DNA from: Chiloscyllium plagiosum
Lineage: Eukaryota
DNA: 36,253 nucleotides
Reading direction: 5' to 3'
Assembly (NCBI RefSeq): GCF_004010195.1
Contig: NC_057719.1
Location: 85,497,410 to 85,533,662 of the forward strand
Below, piece after piece: positions 11,323 through 35,580 of the stretch. Position 1 is the stretch's first letter. Every line of letters starts with the position of its first letter. The notes beneath the pieces are model-generated. The model did no database searches. It was not told the origin of the DNA and saw only the letters and a program-made list of their open reading frames with translations. Made by a program: the position numbers and the translations under genes.

Positions 11323-11659
11323 GTTGCTCGGGTTTGCTGTCTGTTTTCTTCTGTCTCGTTCTTTCCATGTGCCTGAACATGTGACTTCATCATTTCAGTT
11401 GCTTCTCATTTCTCATATTCTGGCTTGCATCTTCTCCCTCGATCTCTGGCTCTGTTGTCTTATTCAGCATAGACACTTTGATTTTCACTCTTTCTCACTG
11501 CATATTACTTTTGTCTTTCGATTTCTTTTACACTTCCTGCATCTTTGCCATCTCTTTGTCTTTGCTGGTAATTCCCTCTTTTCTTGTTTTCCTTTTCATC
11601 CCTGGGTCATCCTCTATGTCCAACTCTTCGTAACTATCCCCAATGCCTCTTTTTTAAAG

Positions 11660-12400
11660 TGTGGAAATGCCAGGGTTGGACTGAGATGGACAAGATCAAA
11701 TATCTAATAAACACCAGGCTATAGTCGCACAGATTTATTTGAAATTGTAAGCTTTCGGAGCTCTGCTTGAGAGCCATAAGGAACAGTTTTTATAAGCAAA
11801 ATGTTAACAACTTTTAAGCTAGCTGCCCTTGGTGAATCCTTTAATCAGGTAGGAGGTAGACTGCTATTAAAATGTAAAATCCAGATTCCTTTCAAGTCCT
11901 TGTCCCTCGATGATTAAAGGTTCTATCAATGTAACCTGAGATGATATCTCAGGTTAGACAATGCACTTCAGGTGTGAGGTCCTGCTTTGAATCTGTCTAT
12001 GCTTTAAGCTGAGGCCTGGTTTTTTTTGACAGAAAAGCATCTTGAATGAAATAATTCTCCCCAGTATGTGGGTGGGTGAGAGAGAGAGACAGTGTGTGTG
12101 TGTCTGTGTTTGTGTCTGTGTGCGTGTGTGAGAGAGAGTGTGTGTGTGTATTTTAGAGAGTGTGTATATGACGTGTGTGTGTGAGTGCATTTGAGAGTGT
12201 GACTGCGTGTATACGTGTGTGTGTGAGTGCATTTGAGAGTGTGACTGCGTGTATACGTGTGTGTATATGTGTGCAAGTGTGCATGTGTGAGTGTTTGTGT
12301 GTGGGAGAGGGACTATAACTATGTGAGAGTGTGTGTGTGTATGTGAGAGAGTCTGGTATCAACTATGATCTTAGGTTCATGTCACATGACAGTAACCCTA
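11660..12400. mobile_element. Degenerate Penelope-like element remnant with embedded (TG)n-rich tract
   Basis: The terminal repeat resembles 22691-23015 (ACACCAGG.TATAGTC..TTTATTTG.AA...AGCTTTCGGAGC). The DLxFMSH-type C-terminal codons at 12367-12387 match the end of the GIY-YIG ORF near 23645-23665. Confidence 0.65.
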
Positions 12401-12505
12401 CCACTCTCACTCTCTCTCTCTCTCGCTCGCTCTCTCTCTCTCACACACACACACACATAGACACACAGACACATACACACTCACAAGGACACACACACAC
12501 ACACG
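12078..12505. repeat. Compound (TG)n/(GA)n and (CT)n/(CA)n microsatellites
   Basis: Directly visible. It includes a 42-bp duplicated block, ACGTGTGTGTGTGAGTGCATTTGAGAGTGTGACTGCGTGTAT. Confidence 0.9.
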
Positions 12506-12569
12506 CAGCTTTTTGCCGGCAGAGGGGGTGCATGAATGGAATGAACTGGCAGAGGAAGTGGTGGAGGCA

Positions 12570-13010
12570 AAAAAACTGCAAATGCTGGAATCCAACATAG
12601 ACAGGCAGGAGGCTGGAAGAACACAGCAAGCCAGGCGGCATCAGGAGGCGCAGAAGTCAACGTATCTGGTGTAAACGTGGTAGGGAGGGAGTCAGGGGAT
12701 GGGGTGGGAGGTTATTTGAAATTGGAGAACTCAATGTTGAGTCCTCTGGGCTGCAGGGTGCCCAGGCAGAAGATAAGGTGTTGGTCCTCCAATAGATTCT
12801 CTGGTTTGTTTTGGCAATGGAGGAGGCCAAGGGTGGTCATGTGGGAAAAGGAATGGTTGGGGGAATTGAAATGGGTGATGACTGGGAGGTCCGGTCGGAG
12901 CCTATGGGCCTGACTGTGATGCTTAGTGAGCCGTTCCCTAAGTTTACATTTGGTCTGCCCGATGTAGAGAAGACCACATCGGGAGCATCTGATGCAGAAA
13001 ACTAAGTTGT
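12570..13010 (-). mobile_element. Penelope-like element 3' end, GIY-YIG endonuclease remnant
   Basis: The minus-strand ORF reads LVFCIRCSRCGLLYIGQTK...HFN...EDQHLIFCLGTLQPRGLNIEF, with a terminal-repeat-like segment at 12570-12675. Confidence 0.88.
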
Positions 13011-13014
13011 GTAC

Positions 13015-13205
13015 TAGGAAGTGGTGGAGGCTGGTACTATTACAACATTTAAAAAGCACCTGGATAGGTATATGAATGTGAAGGGTTTCGAGGTATATGG
13101 GCCAAATGCTGGCAAATGGGACTAGATTGGGTTGGGATATCTGGGCGGCATGGACAAGTTGGAACGAAGGGTCTGTTTCTGTACTGTACATCTCTATGAC
13201 TCTGT
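13015..13205 (+). mobile_element. CR1/HER1 LINE 3' end
   Basis: It is a near copy of about 2238-2427, ending CTCTATGACTCTGTA. Confidence 0.88.
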
Positions 13206-13239
13206 AACTTAATTGTGGAAGAAATGGGCAAAGAAAGAG

Positions 13240-13522
13240 AAGGTAAAAACAAGGACTGCAGATGCTGGAAGCCAGAGTCTAGATTAGAGTGGTGCTGGAA
13301 AAGCGCAGCAGGTCAGGCAGCATCCGAAGAGCAGGAAAATCGACGTTTTGAGCAAAAGCCCTTCATCAGGAATAGCAGCAGGAAAATCAACGTTTGGGGC
13401 AAAAGCCCTTCATCAAGAATAGGGCCTATTCCTGATGAAGGGCTTTTGCCCGAAACTTGATTTTCCTGCTCCTCGGATGCTGCCTGACCTGCTGCACTTT
13501 TCCAGCACCACTCTAATCTAGA
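13240..13522. mobile_element. Penelope-like terminal-repeat cluster (tandem plus inverted), three degenerate hammerhead motifs
   Basis: TCTAGATTAGAGTGGTGCTGGAAAAG...CCCTTCATCAGGAAT and its reverse complement ATTCCTGATGAAGGGCTTTTGCCCGAAAC...CACTCTAATCTAGA are both present. Confidence 0.82.
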
Positions 13523-13935
13523 TAAAGGAAGAGAAGAGTCATAGAAGAGCAACCTGTGAGCAATATGCTTAATTTAAGCAATACCCTGCCGAATATAATG
13601 AAAGGAAATGTCAAGGTGATAACGAACCATTAAATCGCATCACTTATGAGGAGATTAAGTGATGAGGAGATAAAATAGTTGTCTGGGCCTTTCAGTCAAT
13701 GTAAGTGCAAAATATTTTATTTACTTTCTTCCAGCAGAAAAAGGGCATCACCTTCAACTAGTGACCTAAAGCTTAGTGCAGCACTGGGAAATAACAAAGA
13801 GCTTGAATTTTAGGGCTCCAAAACAAGAATCAGCAACAAGTCCAAGTGAAAGTCATAGATGTTCAGGTTGTACCAGAGTCCTGATCATTGGCTAAACAGA
13901 CCAATACTCTTGTTTATATGTTTGTAATTCAAAGC

Positions 13936-14295
13936 TTTTTTTGTAATTTCAGAAATATACTTTATTCATAAAAGAATCTCTGTATGTATACATTGTCAAA
14001 AATGCAGTTCGGTTCTGTACATTTGCATGTCAAATAAACAAATAAAACATTGGTCTTTGACTCTATCCTCAAAACTTCAGACCACTCTTTGACATACAAT
14101 ATTAATATTTACATATATGTGAGACACTGGGAGGGTCCGATAACTGAATGGACCCCCCATTTATCTTCAGCAGGAAGACCTCAGACAGTGCTCTTTCCCC
14201 ACTGGACGTTGATGGCCCAAGCTTTAGTGCATTCCAACTCCACTCCCAGAATGCTTTTTATTTCAAGAATATACTTTATTCATAAAAAAATCTCA
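13936..14295 (-). mobile_element. Tx1/L1-like LINE 3' end with a second copy of the poly(A)-proximal tail
   Basis: A T-run plus AATATACTTTATTCATAAAA occurs twice (about 13955 and 14268). The minus strand encodes ...LKLG...QWGKSTV*. The family assignment is from memory. Confidence 0.55.
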
Positions 14296-14694
14296 TTCTT
14301 CAAACCATGACGTCATTACATAAGAACCAACAATGCTTAGCTCGCCTTCTGTCAGGGCCGCTCAGCTCTAGACTCATTATTAACCTCAGTTCAGAAGAGA
14401 TAAAGTGAGATTGCAACAGGGGCGGTGAGAATGCACTACCCAGGCTGCATATGAGCAAAATAGAAACAGCAAATTTGGAAACGATCCACCTAGTCACCCA
14501 AGCTCCTTCAATTCAAAATTCTGAAAATCCTCAGCAGCTCTGGCAACAGCAGCAACCATCAGTTAATATCTTTCCCCTGTCTAACTGCGCCTCTTTAAAA
14601 TGTGATATTCAAAGATCCCGATGTGTATTATTTTTATACTTAAGTAACCATGCTATTTATAATGTATTTGCAGGTGAATTTGAACTAGGATATG

Positions 14695-14835
14695 AGTCAA
14701 GATTAAAGTGGTGCTGGAAAAGCACAGCAGGTCAGGCAGCATCCGAGGAGCAGGAAAATCGACGTTTCAGGCAAAAGCCCTTCAAGTGAATGAGTGTGTG
14801 TGTGTGTGTGTGAGAGAGGGAGAAAGTGTGTGTGA
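14695..14835. mobile_element. Penelope-like terminal-repeat fragment plus (TG)n inserted into a pseudogene exon
   Basis: AGTCAAGATTAAAGTGGTGCTGGAAAAGCACAGCAGGTCAGGCAGCATCCGAGG...GCCCTTCA lies between the two halves of the intelectin exon. Confidence 0.85.
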
Positions 14836-16051
14836 GATTCGACAATGAAAAAGCAGCACTGGTGATGTGTTCTGGAGTCAAATACAATGGATGCAATTCA
14901 GAACACGCAGGTACAGGGCCTGCAGCAAAGATGGATGTTAGAGGAGTGGGTGGATGGTTCGAGTGAGGAAACAGAATCACAGAATTATAATGATGCTGAG
15001 AAGGCCATTTGGTCCATCATGCTGATTGTGCCAGCTAGAATATAGCAAATAAGGAACGAACGCAAATGCTGCAAATGTGGGAAATCTGAAATAATTGTTT
15101 TTAAAGTGATGGAAAAACCCAATAGGTCTGGAACCACTTGTGGAGAGAAAGACAGCATGACTGTTTCAGGTCTGAAATGATTCTTTTCTGGAACAGAAAG
15201 CAAGCAGCATCCACAGACAGCCTTCCTAGGAAAGGGATTAATAGGCACCCCAGATTATGTTTCCCCCTTGAACTGAATGGAGCCCAAATTAGATTAACTA
15301 AGAACATAAGGCTATCAGACAAAAGAAGCGAAGTGGGCTATTCAGCCCATCAAATCTGCTCAGCCACGCAATGAGATTATGGCTGATCTGGTAATCCTTA
15401 ACTCAATTTTTGATTCCTTCATGAATTAAAAATCTGTTTTATCTCAGATTTTATCTCAGACTTGAACATACTTAATGACCCAGTGTCTACAGCCCTCTGT
15501 GGGTAAGAATTCCACAGATTCATTACCCTCTGACTGAAGAAATTCTGTGTCTGTGTGTATCTGTGTGTGCCTGCATGCCTGTGTTAAATTCCCAAATCAG
15601 AATAGTGACCTGTTTGGAGGGTAACTTGCAGGCAGTGGTATTCCCATATATCTGTTGCCCTTGTCCTTCCAGATAGAATTTTTTGTGGGTTTGGAAGGTA
15701 CTGTCTGTAGCTCCCCCACATCACCCCCCCCACCCCCAACACCTCACTTCCACTCCTAAACAAAACCCCACCCTCAGTGCTCACCAACCCCCCCACCCCC
15801 ACAGCTCACAGCCCCCTCTCGACCCCTGAGGATAGATCACATTACCCACAGCAATCACATTACCTGCTCACCATCCTCACCTTCAACAATATTTCACCTT
15901 GCTCATCTACTTGCCTAACTGTCTCAGCCTGCAATCCCTGTACTTCTGAGCCCATTGCACTGCTCCTGTCTCTCAATGACAGAACATCCAACCAAGGTCA
16001 TGGGATAGTACCAGGCCGCAGCAACTGCCAATCGCTTCTCGTTCCAAATTT

Positions 16052-17489
16052 AGTCCAGGAGTATAAAGGTAATAGAAGTATACCTAAGAGGGAAATCAGG
16101 AGGGCAAAAAGGGGAAATGAGATAGCTTTGGCAAATAGAGTATTGGAGAATCCAAAGGGTTTTTACAAATACATTAAGGACAAAAGAATAACTAGGGAGA
16201 GAATAGGGCCCCTCAAAGGCCTGATTAGGGATAGTCAACATGGCTTTGTGCATGGGAAATCATGTCTCACAAACTTGATTGAGTTTTATGAAGAAGTAAC
16301 AAAGAGGATTGATGAGGGCAGAGCGGTAGACATGACCTATATGGACTTCAGTAAGGCATTCAATAAGGTTCCCATGGGAGGCTGGTTAGCAAGGTTAGAT
16401 CTCACGGACTACAGGGAGAACTAGCCATATGAATACAGAACTGGATCCAAGGTAGAAGACAGGATGGTGGTGGATGGTTGTTTTTCAGACTGGAGGCCTG
16501 TGCCACAAGGATCGGTGATGGGTCCACTACTTTCATCATTTATATGAATGATTTGGATGTGAGCATAAGAGGTATAGTTAGTATGTTTGCAGATGACACC
16601 AAAATTGGAGGTATAGTGGACAACGAAGAAGATTACTTCAGATTACAACTGGATCTTGACCAGGTGGCCAATGGGCTGAGAAGTGGCAGATGGAGTTTAA
16701 TTTAGATAAATGCGAAGTGCTGCATTTTGGGAAAGCAAATCTTAGCAGGGCTTATACACTTAATGGTAAGGTCCTAGGGAGTGTTGCTGAACAAAGAGAT
16801 CTTGGAGTACAGGCTCATAGCTTCTTGAAAGTGCAGTCACTAGTAGATAGGATAGTGAAGAAGGCATTTAGTATGCTTTCCTTTATTGGTCAGAATACTG
16901 AGTACAGGAGTTGAGAGGTCATGTTGCGGCTGTACAGGACATTGGTTCGGCCACTTTTGGAATATTGCATGCAATTCTGGTCTCCTTCCTATCGGAAAAA
17001 TGTTGTGAAACTTGAAAGGGTTCAGAAAAGATTTACAAGGATGTTACCAGGGTTAGTGGATCTGAGCTACAGAGAGAGGCTGAACAGGCTGGGGCTGTTT
17101 TCCCTGGAGCGTCGGAGGCTGAGGGGTGACCTTATAGAGGTTTACAAAATTATGAGGGGCATGGATAGGATAAACAGACAAGGTCTTTTCTCTGGAATGG
17201 GGAATCCAGAACTAGAGGGCATAGGTTTAGGGTGAGAGGGGGGAGATATAAAAGGGCCTAAGGGGTAACATTTTCACGCAGAGGGTGGTACGTGTTTGGA
17301 ATGAGCCTCCAGAGGAAGTGGTGGGGGTGAATACAATTGCAGCTGGATGGATATATGAATAGGAAGGATTTGGAGGGGTATGGGCCGGGTGCTGGCAAGT
17401 GGGACTAGATTGGGTTGAGATATCTGGTCGGCATGGACAGGTTGGACTGAAGGGTCTGTTTCTGTGCTGTATATCTCTATGACTCTATG
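16052..17489 (+). mobile_element. CR1/HER1 LINE, 5'-truncated with an internal deletion
   Basis: It encodes ENPKGFYKYI, QHGF..GKSCLTNLIEFYE, YMDFSKAF, FADDTK and LFSLERRRLRGDLIEVYKI, and ends in a CTCTATGACTCTATG tail. It has frameshifts and stops. Confidence 0.94.
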
Positions 17490-18076
17490 TGTCTTGATTT
17501 CAGTGGAGAAGTGGATAACGGGCTGAGTGCAGACTATTTATAAGTAAAGGTTAATGTGTTTTGAAACGATGCCTCAGGCGAAATGCTGAGGTGTTTGTGA
17601 GTGAACATCATGATCCTGTTGCTTTCAAATGCACCGTAAAAGGATACTCACCATCCAGAAGGACAGCTACCATTTGTTGGTAATTGCTGTTAAAGCCATG
17701 AGGAGGAACCTCTGAAACACACCAGGAGACTATCTGGGCCAGATATCCAGTGTTTTGGCAACATTTATCCCAGAAAATTCCTGAAGAATTCTCCTAAATC
17801 AGTGTAAGTAGAACACTGAGAGCTGTGAGATGTTGGTTTATGGAGCTGGCTTCTTCTCCCTTTCAAGTTTATTTAGAACAAAATCAATAGCACGGTGTTA
17901 GTTCTTAAGTAAGGTAAAACGTTTTGTTTTGTTCTTCACCGCTGAAAGTAACCAAGTAAAATGTCATGAGCTAAAATGCAAAAAGTCAATGCAAGTGCTG
18001 GTAAAGAGTTCTATGTAGGTTTTTATTCTGTGAGGAGATCTGGAATGTTTTACAGAAAGTTATTAATATGGAGAAT

Positions 18077-18334
18077 GTTAAAAATCACGCAACACCAGAT
18101 TATAGTCCAACAGGTTTATTAGGAAGTACCAGCTTTCAGAACACTGCTCCTTCATCAGGTGGCTGCGCAGCAGGATCATAAAAGAACGGAATTTATAAGC
18201 AAAAGATCGCAGTGCATGACACTGTGCAGCACTCTGAAGTTAGTACTTCCTAATAAACCTGTTGGACTATAACCTGATGTTGTGTGATTTTTGAAATTTG
18301 TCCACCCCAGCCCAAAACTGCCACCTCCACAATG
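18077..18334. mobile_element. Short palindromic Penelope-like terminal-repeat insertion
   Basis: The inverted arms are AAAAATCACGCAACACCAGATTATAGTCCAACAGGTTTATTAGGAAGTA / TACTTCCTAATAAACCTGTTGGACTATAACCTGATGTTGTGTGATTTTT. The direct repeat TGGAGAATG flanks it at 18069-18077 and 18335-18343. Confidence 0.82.
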
Positions 18335-18539
18335 TGGAGAATGATGAACAGACCGTGACAGGAAGGGATTGAGAGTTCATTTTGAAGAGTATATCAGCCA
18401 GAAGTTACAAAAACCATTTAAGGATTACATGAAAACTATCCTCCTAATGTGCACAACATTCGAAAGAAAATGGATGAATTCATAATGCAAATCGAAGGAA
18501 GTAAGGATGAACTGATTTTCTTTTGTTTACTTATTGACA

Positions 18540-18930
18540 CAAGTTCAAGGTTTGTGTAAAGATTTGGAGCTTGTGTGCCAGTTGTCGTGGTTGTGGATAT
18601 GTTTGCCGAGCTGGGAAGTTGATTTGTAGACATTTCATCCCCTGTCTAGGTGACATCTTCAGTGCTTTGGGTACTTCTGTGAAGCGCTGCTGTACTGTGT
18701 CTTGTGGAATTCATTTGGTGCTGTTCCTGCTAGTTCCGGTTGTTCGGTGTAGTGGCCGTTACATTGGGTCTATGTCAATGTGCTTGTTGATGAAGTCCGT
18801 GGCTGAGAGCCGTGCTTCTAGAAATTCTCTGGCTGTTCTAAGTTTAGCTTGTCCTATGATCGTTGTGTTGCCCCAGTTGATTTTGTGGTCATTGTCATCT
18901 GTGCGTATGGCTACAGTTGGAGCTAATCCT
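18540..18930 (-). mobile_element. Penelope-like (Poseidon-type) 3' end
   Basis: The minus-strand ORF HKINWGNTTIIGQAK..TAREFLEA...FINKHIDIDP is a GIY-YIG C-terminus, followed by a hammerhead-like motif at 18626-18665. Confidence 0.8.
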
Positions 18931-20462
18931 GCAGGTTCAGTCACATGACATTGGGTGCAGTTTTCAAATGTTAATTAATTGACATGAATGTTAATTCAAG
19001 CCTCAAAATCCAAATGTTGTAGGCTTCTTTATACAAGCCCAGCAAGTTCAGAAATTCTTCATAAATCAATGTAAATGTTGCATGTTCGTCAGTGCCATAG
19101 CTGTGCCAAGATAGCATCTGCCAGATACATTTCTAACTCAGCATTGATGAATGCACTGAAGTGCTTTATTTAGAATTATTGCCACACATAACAGATGTCT
19201 ACTCACATAAGATCTAATTTCTTAGATCTTGGCTGGGTAAACTACAGACATTTGCAACTCACAAAACGGATTGAACTCCCTGGACGTGGAACACTAGCAA
19301 TTGCAATTAAACCCGACTAGCTTGGTAGTGAGTGTGAGAGGAGGAGGTGCCAGGGATAGAGAGAGGTGTGGGAAGTCTCCTTCAGAAGATGTTCATTTTT
19401 GAACAAAGGTTATAATGAGGTCCTGAGCTTTGAGGCCCTGGAGAAACCCAAACTGGGCATCAGTGAGCAGGTTATTGCTGCTCGGTAGCACTTTTTGTGA
19501 CTCTTCCCATGACTTTACTGATGATCAAGGGTAGACTAATGGGAAGGTTAATTTGGCCTGCTTTTTAAATACATGACATATCTGGGCAATTTACTCTATT
19601 TTCAGTACATCCCATTTGTATCTGTATTGGAACAGCTTGGCTATGGGAACATCTGCAATACAAGTCGGCAGTGCTATTGCTGGAATATTGTCAGAGCCCT
19701 TAGCCATTTCTAGATATAGTATGTGAGAACTGAATCTGCTGAAGACTGGCCACTGTGATTCTGGGCACATCTGGAGGGGGGTTAGTTGAATCATCCATTT
19801 GACAGTCCTGGCTGAATATTATTGTTGTACTGATGGGTTGTACTCCCCCAATCATTGAGAAAAGAAAAATTTGCAAAATTGTTTAATTGTGCATCACCTC
19901 CCATTAGCTAATCAATGCCTTGACTTTAAACTTCCGACCTTTGTTACAATGACAAGAATGTGCCCCTTCCTGTCAACTATTCTTGCCATTTTCAACAACA
20001 CACCAAGATGTCTGTACCTCTATAACAATTCTTATTTTTCAAAATTTCTCCTTTTTACCCCATTCTTATTGCTCTCTCTATATTATTCTCTACCTGAGTT
20101 GACAATGATTTTGTTGTATTATTTGGTTAAGGGATGTTTGCACAGATGGCATTTTTATCTATCCATAAGTGCCCACAAGAAGGTGATTTTGTGCTTTTTC
20201 CATCTCCACTCTCCATCCACTCTGATCTCCAGCATCTTCAGTTCTCACTATCTCCAAGTTACTCTATGCAGTCTGACTTAGATTTCCAGTGATACCCATG
20301 AGTAACTTTCGACAATAAGGCAGGAACTGACTTCATCCATCCCAATGCGTAGAGTTAATGCGTTATTGCAACATTCAAAATGCCAGCTGAGATAATGTAC
20401 TTTCTCTCCTCTCTTATTTTGTTTGTGATTACAGCCCCTCACAGAAAAGCTGTTGTGAAGAA

Positions 20463-32405
<11,943 letters not shown>

Positions 32406-32660
32406 TGCAGGCTTCGTCCTCATTGCAGTCTCTTGTTAGTCCGCTGACATCTGACTGCTACGCATTTTAAATATTCTCAAAATTTGTTTGTTGTGGTGAA
32501 GTCTTCTGCTTTTTAGGAAAATACATTATTCCAAAGAAAGTGCTGCTTATAATGTTTGGCATTGCAGAAATATTATTAATATTTGATCATAACAGTGGTT
32601 TCTGGCAATTGTCATTTCTTAGTACTGAAGTCAATCCCATCAGAGTCTTGAAGGGTTCTG

Positions 32661-32666
32661 AATAAA
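32661..32666 (+). terminator. Candidate polyadenylation signal of intelectin
   Basis: This is the first AATAAA after the stop, followed by T-rich sequence. A second AATAAA lies near 32810. Confidence 0.55.
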
Positions 32667-33969
32667 CTGGAATTGTAACTTTTACCTGCCTGTATTTATT
32701 TCCATAACTTACTGTATGACTCAAATCTTACTATTTTATGACTTAACGAAAGAAGAACTTTTAAGAAGATTTTCAGGAGATTGACTGCAATGAAAAGTAA
32801 ATTTTAAATAATAAAAGACAGGATGCACCCTGCACAGATTTCATTTTTTTTCTTTGAAAAGCTCACACTTTTTCCCATTTTATCTCATGCTTCAGACATC
32901 AGCTGCTTAAGATTTTACCCTGAATCTCCTCTAACATCTTAAGACCTCCTGCAAAGATGTTTTATTTGGTGATTGCAATCTCTACTTTTGGGGATGAAGA
33001 TCATAATTCAGGTGAAGTGTGACTTTCTTGCATGAAGTCCAGATAAATTTTGGGGAGCACTTTTTTGTCCAGAACCAACAAAGTGGCAAATGATCATAGA
33101 TGTTGGAATGTATAGTGGGACAGACTTAATTAGTGGTGTAATGGCAAAAGAAGATTCATCTCACTATGATCATAATATAATCAAATTCAATGTTAAGTTT
33201 GAAATGAAGAAGCATAATTTGGTCATTAAGATCCTGGATTTTTCAAAAGGAAACCTTTGTTGGGTGAGACAGAGACTAATGATAACAAACGGTTCCAATT
33301 GGATTATTGTGATTGGATAAACCTATAGATGAACAATGGGAGCTGTACAGATCATAATTCAGTTCAGTTCTAGCACATATCACTCAGAGGCAGGGTCATT
33401 ACTTATAAAACAGCATTAAAATGGGTGAAGTGTAACGTAGAACAAAACACAAAGCCACTCAGACTGCCAATCCAGGGTGGTTATGACCGAGATGAGGGAC
33501 AGTAAAGTAAACATAAAATGTGCTAAGAGCTGCAAAGAGAGAGTGCAGTAGGAAACTGGGATAGCAAAACTAATACGAGGGAAAGGAGAATTACAGATTA
33601 AAGAAAATGTTGACCATTTAAAAAAACTGAAGTAAATTTAATTGTAAAAATTTGAAAACAACAGACTTTGTAATACTGATTTTGTATCAGTTTTCACATT
33701 AGGGATTTTCAAAACATATAAACATATGACATAAAAATGTATGGAAAAGATGGAACATTTGGTGATTCATCTCTGCTCCACCAACACTATACCTAACGTT
33801 TAAGAGACAGGAATAGCGAATGTTACAATCTCCAACCAGTGTATTTGAAGTTGAGTACTTTTACAAATACAATGTAGTAGGTGTACATTAGGCTGCCCGT
33901 TTGCCCTTTGGCTAATTAAGGGGCTGATGAAAGGTCATGTGGCCCTGTGAATATCACAGCATCCAGCAT

Positions 33970-34515
33970 CATCCCCCTCTACTGGGAACTGTAAATATTA
34001 TAATCTTTATCTTTCTCTCTCTTTCTCACACACACACACACACACACAGACACGCTGACAGTCAGAGCTTGATCCCCCTCTACTGGGGACTGTAAATATT
34101 ACAATCTTTCTCTCTCTCTGTCAAACACATAGACACGCTGACAGTCAGAGCTTCATCCCCCTCTACTGGGGACTATAAATATTACATTCTTTCTCTCTCT
34201 CTCAAACACAGAGACACGCTGAACAGTCAGAGCTTGATCCCCCTCTACTGGGGACTGTAAATATTACAATCTTTCTCTCTCTCTCAAACACACAGACACG
34301 CTGAACAGTCAGAGCTTGATCCCCCTCTACTGGGGACTGTAAATATTACAATCTTTCTCTCTCTCTGTCAAACACAGAGACACGCTGACAGTCAGAGCTT
34401 CATCCCCCTCTACTGGGGACTATAAATATTACATTCTTTCTCTCTCACACACAGATACAGACACGCTGACAGTCAGCTTGATCCCTCTCTGCTGGGGACA
34501 GTAAATGTTACACAC
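33970..34515. repeat. Tandem repeat, about 80-83 bp unit, 7 copies
   Basis: ATCCCCCTCTACTGGGGACTGTAAATATTACAATCTTT(CT)n CAAACACA.AGACACGCTGACAGTCAGAGCTTG recurs at 33971, 34072, 34155, 34237, 34319, 34402 and 34481. Confidence 0.96.
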
Positions 34516-35580
34516 ACATTCGAGAAATGAGCAAACAAATGACAATCACCGACTTTGCTGAGTTAAAATACGTGCACCGCTACGTTATTCATTTCAAACT
34601 GCCTGCCCGGCAGAATACCACATTTGTTTCCCTCTTGTTTGTGTTTGAACACTGTACGAAACAGACGATCAATATAGTTTAGGGAGCCAGGCTGTTAATG
34701 ATGGAACACTTCGTGAAATGTGCAAACATTCTTTTGCAGAGACCAGGCTAATCTTAGATTATTCCAATTTCAGTGTACTAAAGTTCACATCAAATATATA
34801 GTGAACACTCACATGATCTGAATTGAACTCAGCTTTTTGGATTTATTAGTTCAGGCTTCTAGTTTAAAAACATGACCCCCTATAGTTTTGTAGTGTATTT
34901 TCGTAGCGGACTGATTTTACCAGTGGGGAAATAGTGCAACATGGAATCAGAGTACTTGATGCCCCGAATCCCACATCAGGAATTCCGTGTAAATGGGAAT
35001 TCTTTGACTGTTAATCCAGTTTGCGAAATCGTGACCAAACTCTTGATTTAAAGGACAAACTAGTTTAGAAACATAGGCAACAGAAACAGTCTGATCGTGT
35101 CCATTGTCGGTCTCAATTCACTGTAAATGTTTGCCAGCGAAGTCAGTTATTGCAGAGAGAAGCCAACTCAGCTGTTACATGTGAATACAGTGACCCAAAT
35201 ATTTGAAAGACCTGACGAGTTTATGGTCAGACTGAAAAAAAATGGAACAGCAAAATAATAGGTGACAAAGTGGGCGGAGTTAAAAATAAAATTACCAACG
35301 AGTAAACAGTGGAAGGATGGAAATAAACAAGAGTTAGGCTGACAGGAAATAATCACATCGATATAACAACATTGATGCTTCACAACAAAGGCAATTATAT
35401 TTATGGCAGGCACCATTGAGTATGAGGCTAAACCTGGCAAGACATCTGTGCACAGTAAGTTCCCCCGGATAACAATGAGACCAAGACCCATTATGTTGGC
35501 TGTGGACCAAAGTTTCCCCGAATTTACTGTGTGCTGAGATACAGATGTTATGCTGGAGCTGGACTGCCCCCTTGTGAAAT

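Larger units (their letters stand above)
10911..14906 (+). pseudogene. ITLN: Intelectin pseudogene or partial paralog
   Basis: The signal-peptide exon 10911-10977 reads MKVILLLFLVIASTEQSPTHHE|gtaagt. Exon 13579-13700 reads QYPAEYNERKCQGDNEPLNRITYE..., is 122 nt against 121 nt in the intact gene (a +1 frameshift) and has stops. Exon 14674-14906 reads GEFELGY-[insertion]-FDNEKAALVMCSGVKYNGCNSEH with a GC donor. The three middle exons and the last exon were not found. Confidence 0.88.

Noticed and set aside
11954..12641. His/Thr- and Val/Cys-rich ORFs
   Set aside because: These are translations of (CA)n/(TG)n microsatellites.
15777..17235. Active reverse transcriptase gene
   Set aside because: It is fragmented by frameshifts, stops and an internal deletion, so it is a dead LINE copy.
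14907..20290. Terminal exon of the pseudogene and non-coding first exon of the intact gene
   Set aside because: I searched by eye and found no GGGYFPE/CGDF remnant and no confident first exon.
33970..34515. CRISPR-like array with palindromic repeats
   Set aside because: The intervening parts are variants of the same CT/CA microsatellite, not unique spacers.
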